DNA of 64,000 nucleotides. It comes from Trypanosoma brucei (taxonomy: Eukaryota). The position numbers and the translations under genes are program-made. Positions 30,722 to 41,952 of the stretch are shown one piece after another; position 1 is the first letter of the stretch, and every line of letters starts with the position of its first letter. The stretch spans positions 320,001-384,000 of the forward strand of contig CP000069.1 of the NCBI GenBank assembly GCA_000002445.1. Direction: 5' to 3'. Below the pieces are notes generated by a model. It did no database searches, was not told the origin of the DNA, and was given only the letters and a program-made list of their open reading frames with translations.

Positions 30722-33700
30722 TCATCCCTTCCTGCCGCGTTGCGTTTGCTTTCGTTTATTTGAGCGCGGGCCACTAATCACATCGACAGCCCTCTGAACG
30801 TCTGCTAGCGGACCCCTCACCGATCCGGCGGCGCTGGCGGGTGGTGGTGGTGGTGCCGGTGCGAAACTTCCCAATGAAGCCAAAAGCGCTTTAATGATTT
30901 CGACTTCTTGTGGTTTCATCTGCGGTGTTTCGCCAGCCGTACCGCTGCCATTGATGTTGTAATTGGTGGCTGGCCGATCCATAGGGATATTTGAATGAAA
31001 CGACGACTCGATGACGGAGCGACTGACATCCGCCAGACGGTCGGTGTAACGGTTCCCAATTAAATCCGCCTCACCCGCGTTGACGCCCCTTTCCTGCAAG
31101 TGGGTAATGATACGTTCCCTTGCCTGTTCCATCTTGGAGGCAATACGCTTTCCGAAGTTGTGTTTCATTATTTCAGGACTGAGTTTATGCAAAAGAAAAA
31201 GCAACTGAGCAAGCTCAGGACTAATGGGAAGCACATCAAGCATCGTCTGCACAACGTAGTTTCCGTATGAATTCAGGACGATGGTTTCCAATGCCGTGTT
31301 TTCCTGATACGGAGTAACAAATGCAGCGGCAGGCTGGATCATTAACCGCTGCTGTGGGTCCTGTTCCCCCAAAACGTAATCCATCCCCATTAACCTCGCT
31401 GACATCCCTGTGTTGATTGTGGACCTATTAAATAAGAATCGACACAATTCTAGCTTGGCGCTCGGCGCACACCCCTGCACAATTTTCTCCACCACGTTGG
31501 AAGCGAACTTGTTCGCGCATAGAAGTTCGAGGGCTGGTCCTGCACAGTGAGCGGCTTCATTAACCACGTGTCGCTGTGACTGCGAGTTGCACATGCTGAT
31601 GAGGTGAGTCACCACATAGTTTCCATAGGGATTTAGGGAGAGTTGCAACATGTGACGGAGTATTGCTTTTTGAGTTCGTTGCAGATGCACATTTATTGCG
31701 TGGTCCATACACTTCTGAACGACGCAGCAGCCGTGTTTATCGTTACAGACATCCACGGTGTCCTTCACAATGACATCGTACAGAAATGTTAGATCCTTCG
31801 GCGAGATGCATTGAAGCAGCTTTTGAATAACGTGACCACCGTTAAGATCCGTCATAAGCTGCAGCGTTCCACGCTGAAGCGCCCGACAAACTACTTGGAC
31901 TTCTTGACTAGAGCGAAGTGAATCAATTAACTTTTGTACAGCGTAGTTTCCATGCGGGGAGATGGCAACATCGCACAGGGAAGCCGATATATGATAGTCC
32001 AGCAACCGCATCCGTTCCTCATCCGGCGCAACCTCAAGCAGTTTCTGGACCAAAAAATTTCCGTACGGGTCTTTCATAACATCTGTAAGCACCGGCAACA
32101 ACTCGGAGATAACTTTTTGCACCTCTGAGGAGTGGAATGGAAAGCGCTCAAGCACGGATTGTAACATACGACAACCCTGTTGGTCGGCTGCCAGCTTCAC
32201 GATGCGGCCACCGTGGAGGGGCATTTGAACAGGGGCCCGCGAGCGTGCCGCTGCGTCGTGTGAGTTTTGTGAACCGGAAGCAGTAAAAGCAGCAGACTGG
32301 CCGTTTTCACTCATCATACTTCCGGCTAACGCCGTCACGTTTAGATCTCGTTGCTGCATAACTGGGTGAGAACTGTAGTGGCGGTGATGAACCACTTTTG
32401 TTGCTAACCGCATGAGAGCATCGGCATCTTCTTCAGCACGGAGCAAAGCAGTGGGATCTGCAAAGGCCGCGTGCACATCCCTCGCCTTTTCGCCGCTCCA
32501 CCCCTTTCCTTGGTGCTCGGAGCCCGACATAAATGAGATTCGCCTGTTGGGATTGGTCCCAGATGTTTGCATCATATCTATCGTGCTGTTGTTCCTGCTG
32601 CCGTGGCTCATGATGGGATTCCGGTTTACCGCACCGGAAGCTGCCGACGAGAGCGTGAACCGTTCGTACGGCTGTCCTGAACGCAGTGGGTAGGTGTCGT
32701 GCAACTCCTGCTTCTGGTGCTGCTGCTGACGTTGGTAATCGGCCATTCCGGCACTACGACCTCCAAGCAACAAATCGCTTTCCTGTGGCGGTAGCCTCTC
32801 TGGGCGTGCCAACTGGCTGTAGGAAGAATCACTTGTGGGACGTATACCCAAATTTGATCCCCACCTCCCGCTCGTTCTGCGAGTATTTGGTGTGCATAAA
32901 GGCGACAACTCGTCCAGAAGATTAATACCGCCAATCGCCTCATTGAGACAATGTGCATCGCTTCTGCTTGCGTGGACATCCTTGGTTTCTCCACCTGTTA
33001 CTTGATCAACAGCATCACCCCAGTCAAGTCGTGCAATAAATCCCGGTGAAGGATCTCCCGCCAGCTCAAGTGGTTCCCCTGTTCGCTGAGTTGTGATCCC
33101 GGCGGTGTTGTTCGCATTGGCAGAAGCCACTGTGGTGGAATTCGCTGCAGCGGCGGCAGCAATAGCGGCGACGCCACTGATGGCAGCACCGTGTGCGGAT
33201 TCCGACCTGGTGGCGCGGGCGCTGTACACAGAAGGTGTAAGCCCTGCGGCTACCGAAGTGGGGGATACGGATGGTGTGGTAGCGCTACCCTCCGCAGGTT
33301 CGCCAAGGTGCTGACAACTACGGCGGCGGTAAGCACAAGGTGTAAAGGTACTACTTCCTTCAACCATTAACAGGCCTCCCTCAGGGGCGAGAGGCGAAAC
33401 CTCCAATGACGTTGTCGCTCCGACTATTGAGCGTGTGAAGGTGTTATCGTCCACAGGTCGCCCCACACTCCGCGGACATGGCGGTGAGTTTCCCCAGAGT
33501 GAGCACCGTTTCACATCCATTGGAGAATTGCCAGCGGAAGGGCCTCCCAAAAGACTGGCGTTGTGGCGGCGCTCCCAAATGCGTTCTGAGAACTCGTCGC
33601 CTCCCCCTCTTGTTACCATTGCGGTTGCGCATCCTTTTCCATTTCCTAAATTTCCATCTACGCCAGTCACCTCGGCACTGGCCTCCATTGTAAGGTCACT

Positions 33701-33847
33701 AATGTTGATGTTAGAGCACCCGTGACGTCTTGCCTCGAGCTCCCGCGCTGCCTCCACCGCAGCCACTTGCGCGAGGAGGGTTGAAAGTTTAGACGTTATG
33801 TTTTCTTCCTCCATGGTTGTCATGATCCGGCGCGAGGGATGTAACAA
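30722..33847 (-). CDS. Pumilio/PUF-family RNA-binding protein (1041 aa), 8 Puf repeats in the C-terminal half
   Basis: The eight repeat cores are GCRMLQSVLE, YGNFLVQKLLE, HGNYAVQKLID, GGHVIQKLLQ, HGCCVVQKCMD, YGNYVVTHLIS, FASNVVEKIVQ and YGNYVVQTMLD. The N-terminal ~500 aa is Ser/Ala/Gly-rich low complexity. I cannot say which PUF paralogue this is. Confidence 0.85.
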   Translation of the reverse strand: MLHPSRRIMTTMEEENITSKLSTLLAQVAAVEAARELEARRHGCSNINISDLTMEASAEVTGVDGNLGNGKGCATAMVTRGGGDEFSERIWERRHNASLLGGPSAGNSPMDVKRCSLWGNSPPCPRSVGRPVDDNTFTRSIVGATTSLEVSPLAPEGGLLMVEGSSTFTPCAYRRRSCQHLGEPAEGSATTPSVSPTSVAAGLTPSVYSARATRSESAHGAAISGVAAIAAAAAANSTTVASANANNTAGITTQRTGEPLELAGDPSPGFIARLDWGDAVDQVTGGETKDVHASRSDAHCLNEAIGGINLLDELSPLCTPNTRRTSGRWGSNLGIRPTSDSSYSQLARPERLPPQESDLLLGGRSAGMADYQRQQQHQKQELHDTYPLRSGQPYERFTLSSAASGAVNRNPIMSHGSRNNSTIDMMQTSGTNPNRRISFMSGSEHQGKGWSGEKARDVHAAFADPTALLRAEEDADALMRLATKVVHHRHYSSHPVMQQRDLNVTALAGSMMSENGQSAAFTASGSQNSHDAAARSRAPVQMPLHGGRIVKLAADQQGCRMLQSVLERFPFHSSEVQKVISELLPVLTDVMKDPYGNFLVQKLLEVAPDEERMRLLDYHISASLCDVAISPHGNYAVQKLIDSLRSSQEVQVVCRALQRGTLQLMTDLNGGHVIQKLLQCISPKDLTFLYDVIVKDTVDVCNDKHGCCVVQKCMDHAINVHLQRTQKAILRHMLQLSLNPYGNYVVTHLISMCNSQSQRHVVNEAAHCAGPALELLCANKFASNVVEKIVQGCAPSAKLELCRFLFNRSTINTGMSARLMGMDYVLGEQDPQQRLMIQPAAAFVTPYQENTALETIVLNSYGNYVVQTMLDVLPISPELAQLLFLLHKLSPEIMKHNFGKRIASKMEQARERIITHLQERGVNAGEADLIGNRYTDRLADVSRSVIESSFHSNIPMDRPATNYNINGSGTAGETPQMKPQEVEIIKALLASLGSFAPAPPPPPASAAGSVRGPLADVQRAVDVISGPRSNKRKQTQRGRKG

Positions 33848-35443
33848 TTATTCTCGTCTCTTCTTTTCTTTTTCTTTTTTCCCCTCCTCTCCTCTCCCGT
33901 TCACTTCTTTCCGTTTCCCTCTCTCTATTGCTTCGTGGTCTCACTACAACAGTAGTTGCTGGGATCCCAACCAGCACCTAAAAATATCAAAAAAAAAAAA
34001 AAGAAAAACCTACAAAAGAGAAAAATTATATTTTTTCCTCTGGCCGGTGCTTCAACCTTTCCGTTACTACCTCTTCGTTTTATTCCTCTTCTCCCCTCTA
34101 TTTTCTTCTCTTGATAGCTTCTTCTTTCCGTTTCTATTCGAGTATGCGTATCTTTATATTTATTTATATATTTGTGTGGCTATATATCTTTTCGTGTGTA
34201 TATTTCTTCCTCCCTTAGGAGTCACTGAGAGTTTTTTTTTGTTGTTCCCTTCTCTTTCCCTGCAATCCACCTTCCTTTTGGTTAACAAATATATGTTGTA
34301 TATATATATATGTATATATATATATATTAGCGGTTTGGACGGAAGTGTGAACACGTCGTGATGCGAAATTGGACGACAAAAAAAAAAAAAAGAGTCAAAG
34401 AAAAGAGAAGAGAAGAAACAGGATCAAAATGTTGGGAAAGGTAATGGAAAGGAAAATAATAATAATAATAATAATAATGACACAAAATGTTACGAGGCCC
34501 TTTGCCAGTTTCTCTCTTTAAACGTATGGTATTTAAGTAGGAGCGCTTCTACACGCGTACTCCACAACTCCTTTTCTGTGCTTCTGGGCACATCAATAAA
34601 AAAAAAAATAACCTCTCCGGTAACACGAAAAGGAATGAGCCGTTTAATTTTTATTTAGCCTCTTTCTTTCCGTGACTTTTCTATTCTATGTTTACTTCCT
34701 CGTGCATTCATTCGGTTTCATGTTGAGAAGCTGCCCAGTAAGCGGGAGGAAATACACAAGAAATGTTAAAACGTAACAAAAAAAAACAAACAATTAATTG
34801 ACAGAAGAGAAAAAGAACTCGCCCGTATAGATATGTATGTTTGTTTATTTGCATGACACACCAGCAGACTAAGTGGAACTAAAGTTTAGAATCACAGTAG
34901 TAACACCAATAATAATAATAATAACAGTTGTAATCGTAGTAATAGTTTTTCTTTTGTGTGATCATTCCCTCTTCCGGCCATTCAATGTGAGTAAGCATCC
35001 GCAATATAAAACCAAAAAAGATATGTGAATGTTTGTGGGAGAAGTAACGCAAGAATCAATACGGAATGACCGCATCATCATGCTTTCATTCCGCTTCCTT
35101 GCAAGAAAGTTGTTGTGATGACGGTTATAATGAAGTGTCATTTCGTCACCTTCTTTTTTCCTTTTCTCGCCTCCGCGGGTAGAAGGCGGCGTCACTAATA
35201 AGAAAGTATAATAAGTGACAAAACAACAACAACAACTGTTTCTCACTTTAAGAAAAGGGCACATACACAGAAACACAAAAAAGTCAAAAAGAAGGAAAAG
35301 CGGACGCGGTCCAGCACGGAGAAGTTAAGTAGAAAGCGACACTGTCACCAAAAGCAAAGAGGAAAACTAAAACATAATACAATACAACAATACATGCGCA
35401 CACACGCCGCTATGTGTTTTGTTTATTCCTTTTTTTTTTCCAT

Positions 35444-36034
35444 TCACACGTTCGGATCAATCGCAATTCTTTCCTTCATTAGCGCCCTCCATTCGTCTTC
35501 ACAACGCTCGAACATCTCCCTCGCCTCCGTTTCCTGTTGGGCCGTTGTCCTCCACCACCAGCCTGTGGTTTCATTTTCCCTCAATGTGGCCGCAAGAGCT
35601 GCAGCGGATTCATACCGCCGTTTTAATATTAACGCCCGCACAGCGATATCATCCAACCGCTTCACATCCTCAAGTCGGGCTTCATGTAAACCTCCCGGAC
35701 CAATGGGGCTCAGCAGCAGAAGAAATGTTGCCGTTCCAAAGGTGCCGAAAGCCCACATCGCCTGCCGCTGCTGCGCTAATCGCCGCGGGTGCCGAATGCG
35801 CCAAACCCGATGGATGCGGCGGTATTGCCATGAGGCGAGAAGACCCACAACCCCAGCGGAGGCAACTGCGAGAACTAAAAGCGCCTGTCCCGCCTTTACG
35901 TAACGTTCAGCACTCAAAAGCAAACGACTGGCAGTCTTTTCCGTGCTGTTGTAGAGAAGTTGAGCGCCCACTGCACCCTCTTCGCAGTCATTTTTGAGAC
36001 TTGAGGAATTACTAGGCGTTGTCGTTGCGGTCAT
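35444..36034 (-). CDS. Hypothetical protein with two predicted TM helices (196 aa)
   Basis: The hydrophobic segments are ALLVLAVASAGVVGLLASW and AFGTFGTATFLLLLSPIGPGG. The strand matches the surrounding gene block. The overlapping + strand ORFs (35394-35903, 35419-35997) are R/S/C-rich and implausible. Confidence 0.5.
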   Translation of the reverse strand: MTATTTPSNSSSLKNDCEEGAVGAQLLYNSTEKTASRLLLSAERYVKAGQALLVLAVASAGVVGLLASWQYRRIHRVWRIRHPRRLAQQRQAMWAFGTFGTATFLLLLSPIGPGGLHEARLEDVKRLDDIAVRALILKRRYESAAALAATLRENETTGWWWRTTAQQETEAREMFERCEDEWRALMKERIAIDPNV

Positions 36035-37613
36035 TTATGATTTTGCTTTTGCTTTTGATATTTTCTCTCTCTCTTTTTTTTTTCTTCTAGTATATGTCTT
36101 GTCCTCGCTCCTTGTAACGAGTGTGACGGCCCCACCACCCCGAGGAGACAAAGGCAGCAAAAAACTATGAAACTCATCACACACACACACACACACACAC
36201 AAACCAAAAACGCAAAACAACAACAACAAGAACAGCGGCAAGAACAGCAGCAAGAACAACACCAAAAAAAAAAAAAGAAGAGAGAGAGAAAGATAATTAT
36301 CAGGAATGAAAACTATATGTGTCGCAGAAGACAATCGTGTATACGAACAACGCGTGGGAGACGAAATAATGTCATGTGAAACAACACGATGCACACGATG
36401 GGTAAAACAATACTAACTACAAACCTGTCGTACGTATACGAGTACATGACCACTCTTCTCTCTTCTATTCTGCCTTCTTGTACACCTTCTCCCCACTTAC
36501 CGCAATGCACACACACACACGGCAGACAAAAGCTCGTCTCAACATCTATTAGTGGACACACCACACATATACATAAAAATAAGTAAATATTCACAACAAC
36601 AACAACAATAACAATAACAATAACACCACCGACAGATAAACCAACAGGGATGCGGGGAGGGGAGCAAACTGGTGGAATGTCGCACTTATATATATATATA
36701 TATATTTATATATCAATTTCTCGCATTTTTGTTTGTCTATTTGGCCTCTGCGATTCGTGTTTTGGTACCCTCCAGGTTGTGCTAAGCCCCCCCCTCCCCT
36801 CAAAAAAAAAAAAAAAGAGAGGATCGAAACGACATAACAACAAAAGCAGAATAGGGCTACATTTAATCTACTCTCCCTTCCTCCCTTTCTCTCTCTCTCC
36901 TTCTTTTTTTTTTTCTTTCATTCTATTTTCCACTCTACATTTCACCTTTCATCATGTCGGTTTCGCCTTCACTTCAGTTTTGTCACTCCCACCCGCAACG
37001 CCACAAATTCTCCATATGCACAGAAAAGATAAAATAAAATGGAGCAACTGCAGCAACAACGACAAACAAAGAAAAAAAAAAAGAACAGAAAAAAAAAAAG
37101 TGCCATGCACGCCAACGTGTAAAATATCAACCGCAACAACGGAAACCCTTATTTTTTTTTTCCCTCCTCCTCCTCCAATTCGTTCACTTATTTATTGTCT
37201 CTGGGACGGGTAGCAAATTGTGATAGTTCGTTGTTAACAAAAGAGAGAGAGAGAGAAAAAAAAAAAAGAAGCGTAAACAACTGAACAAAAACAACAAGCG
37301 ACGTAAATAACAAAGGAAGAGGAACAGGAAAACAACGAAGAAACGAAAGAAAAAAAAAACGATCATAAGGGAAGGGCACACAGAGGCGCAACCAAAGCAA
37401 GGTTTAAGCGTCATGCCGGAGAGAAGGAAAAAAAAAACACGCAAAATAAAATAAAGTTTTAAAAAAAAAGAGACGAACAGAACTAACCAACCAACCAAAC
37501 GCAAAAACAAAACAAGAAAGAAAACGGCCAAACAAACACGAAAACGTGTGTATGTGTGTGGGAGGGGAGGAGGAGAAAGGAAGGAGAGGGAAGAAGTAAG
37601 ATAACATCCTTAT

Positions 37614-38669
37614 CTACATGATGTTTATCTTCAGCGCCGTTCGCAGGTTATCCGCTACGGGAAGGCGCATGATAACCCTGCTGTACTGCGTCAGCGTTGG
37701 GCACTTCTGCTTGACGAGTGGCATCAGCAGTTTTGTTGTGGCTGCCTGTACGATGGCCATTGACACGACAAGGTCTGCCGCCGTGAGAGAGTCACCTACC
37801 AAAAAAATAATATCACTTGGTGGAGCTACATTCCGTTGTGGTGCAATTGTTACGGGCCGTGGGGTACCTGCACTTCCGCGTGGCGACATTACATTAACTG
37901 TACACAATGATTGCCATGGGAAGGAAGAAGCGTCGTTGCCCTTTTCTTTGCTGTCAGGGGGACTGTTTCCCATAATAGAGCTGGATTCATGTCGTTCCTC
38001 CGTACAACTCTTAATGTTGTATGTGTGACAACCACGGAGAGCCGTAGTGCCGCGGGGAGTAAAGGCGATATGACCTTCCTCCTCCGACAAACCTCCATCT
38101 GCTTCTTCCACACAGACACTACCGTTAAGGTGTGTGCTGCCGTTGCATGTGTGTCCTTGTAGTTGCTTCTTTTTTGACTTAAGTTGCTGCTCCAAATCAC
38201 CCAGAGCCTCTAAGACCGCATCACACGCTCCCTGCGCTGCCGCTTGTTCCTGTCGCCTCGAGCCACGCTTCTCCGCCTCAACTATCTGAAGAACATGCGG
38301 ATCAACTTCTGTCATGATGAAGGCAAGCCATTGATCTACTGCTGCCACTTCAAGTTCACTTTTACCATAAAGAGTATACGGTACAGTGTGTTCTGGTGTG
38401 GGGTAACGCAAACTGCCATGAGGACCATACGGCCGCTCCGTTCGTGCAAAATGCCGAATGATGGCGTTGGTGCCGAACAAATAACCCTCATCGGACTTCA
38501 GAACTGGCGCACGCCCGAGCGGGTGGCAGTTTAGCCGATAGCTTTCCGTTGCATTTTCCACTCCATCAGTGATGGGGGCAACTTTCACTTTTGTCTGAGC
38601 GAAAGCGGCAACGAGAAGGATGCGATGGACGTTATGATCCTCAAGCGACCCAACCAATGTGAGAACCAT
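37614..38669 (-). CDS. GST-fold protein resembling the N-terminal domain of elongation factor 1B-gamma, with a large internal insertion (351 aa)
   Basis: The N-terminus MVLTLVGSLEDHNVHRILLVAAFAQTKVKVAP...RAPVLKSDEGYLFGTNAIIRHFAR matches the thioredoxin-like GST-N pattern of EF1B-gamma (..kvPafe.ddGf.lfeSnAI..y). The C-terminus FLVGDSLTAADLVVSMAIVQA...TLTQYSRV matches GST-C. There is no EF1G C-terminal domain. About 110 aa of low-complexity sequence is inserted between the two halves. Confidence 0.65.
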   Translation of the reverse strand: MVLTLVGSLEDHNVHRILLVAAFAQTKVKVAPITDGVENATESYRLNCHPLGRAPVLKSDEGYLFGTNAIIRHFARTERPYGPHGSLRYPTPEHTVPYTLYGKSELEVAAVDQWLAFIMTEVDPHVLQIVEAEKRGSRRQEQAAAQGACDAVLEALGDLEQQLKSKKKQLQGHTCNGSTHLNGSVCVEEADGGLSEEEGHIAFTPRGTTALRGCHTYNIKSCTEERHESSSIMGNSPPDSKEKGNDASSFPWQSLCTVNVMSPRGSAGTPRPVTIAPQRNVAPPSDIIFLVGDSLTAADLVVSMAIVQAATTKLLMPLVKQKCPTLTQYSRVIMRLPVADNLRTALKINIM

Positions 38670-40007
38670 CGCGACTGTTCACCCTTTTTTTTGTATGTAT
38701 TTATTTATTTATCTTCCCCCCTCCCTCTACGTATAATACAAGTGCTCCCCTTCGTATGCGTGTGTGTGTAGTCTCTGTCTGTCTGTCTGTCTGTCTGTAT
38801 GATTCCTTTTATTTTTTTGTTCTCTCTTTCTTTCTTTCTCTCTCTCTGTGTGTGTGTGTGTTTGTGTGATGTTCCCTCCTTCAACCCTAAATAACTACTC
38901 TTTTACTCAATATAACTTTCCTTTTTTTCTCACTGTGCTCTCCCTTTCTTTGTGCGGTGAAAGGAAGGGATAAACTGAGAGCCGTTTCTTAATTCTTTAT
39001 TTTTTTTTGATCCTTTCTTCCTAATTCTACTTCTTTGTTCTTGACCTTTATTTATTTGTTTCTTTCCTCTCCCTTTTCGTTTATTTTTCTTCTTTATTAT
39101 TTTCAGTCTCGAACGTAACTGCTGCGGTGAAGCTTGTGAACCAAATAAGAAGAAAAAGAAAAAGATAATGATAAGAACAATTGATATGCAGAAAGAATTC
39201 AAACACCAACGCCGAAATGAAGTGGGACAGGTAACAAAGCAGAAATGGCAAAACATACTTTTTTTTCTTTAAAAAAAAATAAGGTAAGTAAGTGAGAAGG
39301 AAAACAAAAATAATATAGTGAAGATATTTCTAATTAATTAGCTCCAGCAGTTTGATGCGATAACGAAACTGTTTCTTCTTTTTTTAAAAAAAAAGAAATT
39401 TATCGCACTTGCTTTGCTGATATTGTAGTTGGATACAACAGTGTCCTCATATGCGTGTGTCAATTCTGCCATGCGATGAGCGCCTAAAGAGAACTACGCT
39501 ACGAAGTGTAAATGAAAATAATAATAATAATAATAATGCTTATAATACTTTTGTAACTAAAACGGATAAGGTAATGGGAGAGAAGACGCGTTAGAGAAAT
39601 AAGCATATAAGCGATTATTTGATAAGCAAAAAATTTACACGCATGTAACGTCATACAAGTAAACGCACATGCAGATACACAAAGACACACACACACACAG
39701 AAATAGAGAGAGAAAGAGAGAAAGAAAGAGAGAGAGACACAAAGATATGAAGATATATATATATATATATTTATATTTGTGTACATAGTTATACATATGT
39801 AACCAAATAAACAAATGTGAGTGAAAATGGTGGTTGGGAGCATAGAAGTAACAGAAAATGAAAATGAAGATGTGGCTGTAGCTAAAAAATTGTGTCAGTG
39901 CAGGTGCTTTCAAGTGAAAGCAAAATAATAATAATAATAAAAACAACAACGCCAACAATAACAACAACAGCAACAACACATGATGCGGAACACATGACCA
40001 TTTGCAA

Positions 40008-40011
<4 letters not shown>

Positions 40012-40074
<63 letters not shown>
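40012..40074. repeat. (TA)~31 microsatellite
   Basis: An uninterrupted tatata... run is read directly from the sequence. Confidence 0.95.
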
Positions 40075-40080
<6 letters not shown>

Positions 40081-40164
40081 GTTTAGTTATTTATAAACTA
40101 AAATGTATGACTACTTGCACTATTGAGCAACTGCATCTTCGCTTGTGTTTGTCAGTTGCGGATG

Positions 40165-40329
40165 TCATTGGGAGGATACCGCGCAAACTTGAGTGAAATG
40201 AGTCCGTAAGGCAATGACGTACGCCGCTAAGAAAACAACGGCACCAAACGCAGCTTCGAATAAATTCCATCGCTCATAACCAAATGATTGTACTGGTGGA
40301 AACGCATGAAAGTAAAGAAATGGGGCCAT
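40165..40329 (-). CDS. Candidate small single-pass membrane protein (54 aa)
   Basis: The sequence is MAPFLYFHAFPPVQSFGYERWNLFEAAFGAVVFLAAYVIALRTHFTQVCAVSSQ. It has one hydrophobic helix and ordinary codon composition. On the - strand a long pyrimidine-rich tract lies immediately upstream of its ATG (40330-40480, which is purine-rich on the + strand). The 118-aa form in the ORF track extends into that low-complexity tract and is rejected. Confidence 0.3.
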   Translation of the reverse strand: MAPFLYFHAFPPVQSFGYERWNLFEAAFGAVVFLAAYVIALRTHFTQVCAVSSQ

Positions 40330-41952
40330 CCGGAAAGAAGTGAAAATAAAAATAATCAAACACACACGCACACAACGCATTGAAGAGGAGAGAGAAAGAG
40401 AGACGAAGCAAAAAAAGAGAAAAAAAGTAAAAAGTAAAGAAAAAACATAAGAAAACTGATTGTAGAGAAACGAAAAGGTCGGGAATCTATCGCGGGACTC
40501 GCAGGTTAAACCAAACCACACTGCGCAGACTTAAGAAAGATCTTTACGAGTCCTTCACTTTCTTCTTAAGTCACCAAATAATAACAATTATCATCGTGTT
40601 TTGTGCGTACCTTTTTTTTAAAAAAAAATATATTTGAGTCATCTTGCTTTACCTCTCCTCCTCTTTATTCCCGTTTCAGTACCTTCCCTCTCCCTTCTTT
40701 CTCTTTCATCATCAGCATTATTGCTATAATTATAATATATATATATATATATATTAATGGTTAATGTCATGATTTCCCCCCTTCAACTAGCTGCGATGCT
40801 TACAGATGCACCGGTAGGTGAATGCGTGACGGGCTCAATAAAATATATAAAAATACAACAGACGGCGCCTTTATTTTGTGTGCACTTTCGTCCGCTTCAT
40901 TTTCTTTTTTAAACGCATTCACCCCATTTCATTTCATTTCATTTTATTTCATTTTCACTTTTCTTCCCTTCTTCCAATACTTCACAAAATATCGGTTCCC
41001 CTGCCGCCCCTCGTTTCTGCTAATCCTTTCAACTCTTTTTTTTTTTTAAAAAAATAATTTCTTTTTCTTTTTTCACCTCCTTCTGTGGAATTCGTTAACC
41101 CTTTTGCTCTGTTTTGGGTTTCCAACCTGTTTATTTTCTCCTCTTTTTAATCTTCCCGCCCTCATCCTTTATCCTTCATCCTTTATTCCTTATATATATA
41201 TATATATATATATCTTCTCTTTTGCTTTTGAAAATAATGTACGTTACCAACGCCACGCTTCCTTCCCTTCTGTTCGACTCCTCTCTCCATTAGCCAACAC
41301 TTCCCTCCTTTATTTTACTTTTTTCTTTTCTACCTATTTTGTTTTATTTTTCGTATTCTTTTAATGTTATATTATATCGTATTAAATAAATATATTCGGT
41401 TTTATCTCCACTCTCTTCCTCTTTCTTTAAAAAAAAAAATCAATTCATATTTGCGGCGGGTTCACTGGTAGTTTCCTCCCTTTCCCTTTTTTTCTTCTCC
41501 GTTTTGCCAAATTCCGCCGCCATCACCGCATCACTTACACGTCAATTTCACACAACCGACTTATCAACATGAATAATCACCACAATCACAGAGAATAAAT
41601 GACAATAAATGATAACAATAACACTTGAAAAAGCAAACAAACGAAACAAAACAGCAACAGCAACAACCAACAACCAACAACGAAGTTAAATCAACTTCAA
41701 GAAGCGGAATAGTAACAAACTAGTAGACACACGTAAGCAGAAACAGACAAAACAGCACGCCCGATCGGCCGAACAGTTACTACAGAAAAAAAAAAGAGGG
41801 AACAAACAAACAAACAAACAAAGGGAGGAAGAAAGAAATAAAGAGAGGAAAATACAAAAAAAAAAGCTTGAAGTGAGCATCGATACACCCAACAAGTACA
41901 TGACCACCTTAATTCACCCTAATCTGGCCTTTTGCGTGCACACAACAGAATG

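Noticed and set aside
35394-35997. + strand ORFs (169 and 192 aa) overlapping the - strand 196-aa gene
   Set aside because: They are on the wrong strand for the local transcription unit, have an Arg/Ser/Cys/Pro-rich composition, and no TM or domain features. The - strand ORF is more protein-like.
36650-37213. A 187-aa + strand ORF and adjacent - strand ORFs (37184-37531, 37404-37607) between the two-helix membrane protein gene and the GST-like gene
   Set aside because: They are low-complexity translations of (TA)n, poly-A and CT-rich intergenic sequence.
40165-40521. The 118-aa version of the small TM ORF
   Set aside because: The N-terminal 64 codons translate the polypyrimidine tract (runs of F, L, S). 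Only the 54-aa version from the ATG at 40327-40329 is plausible.
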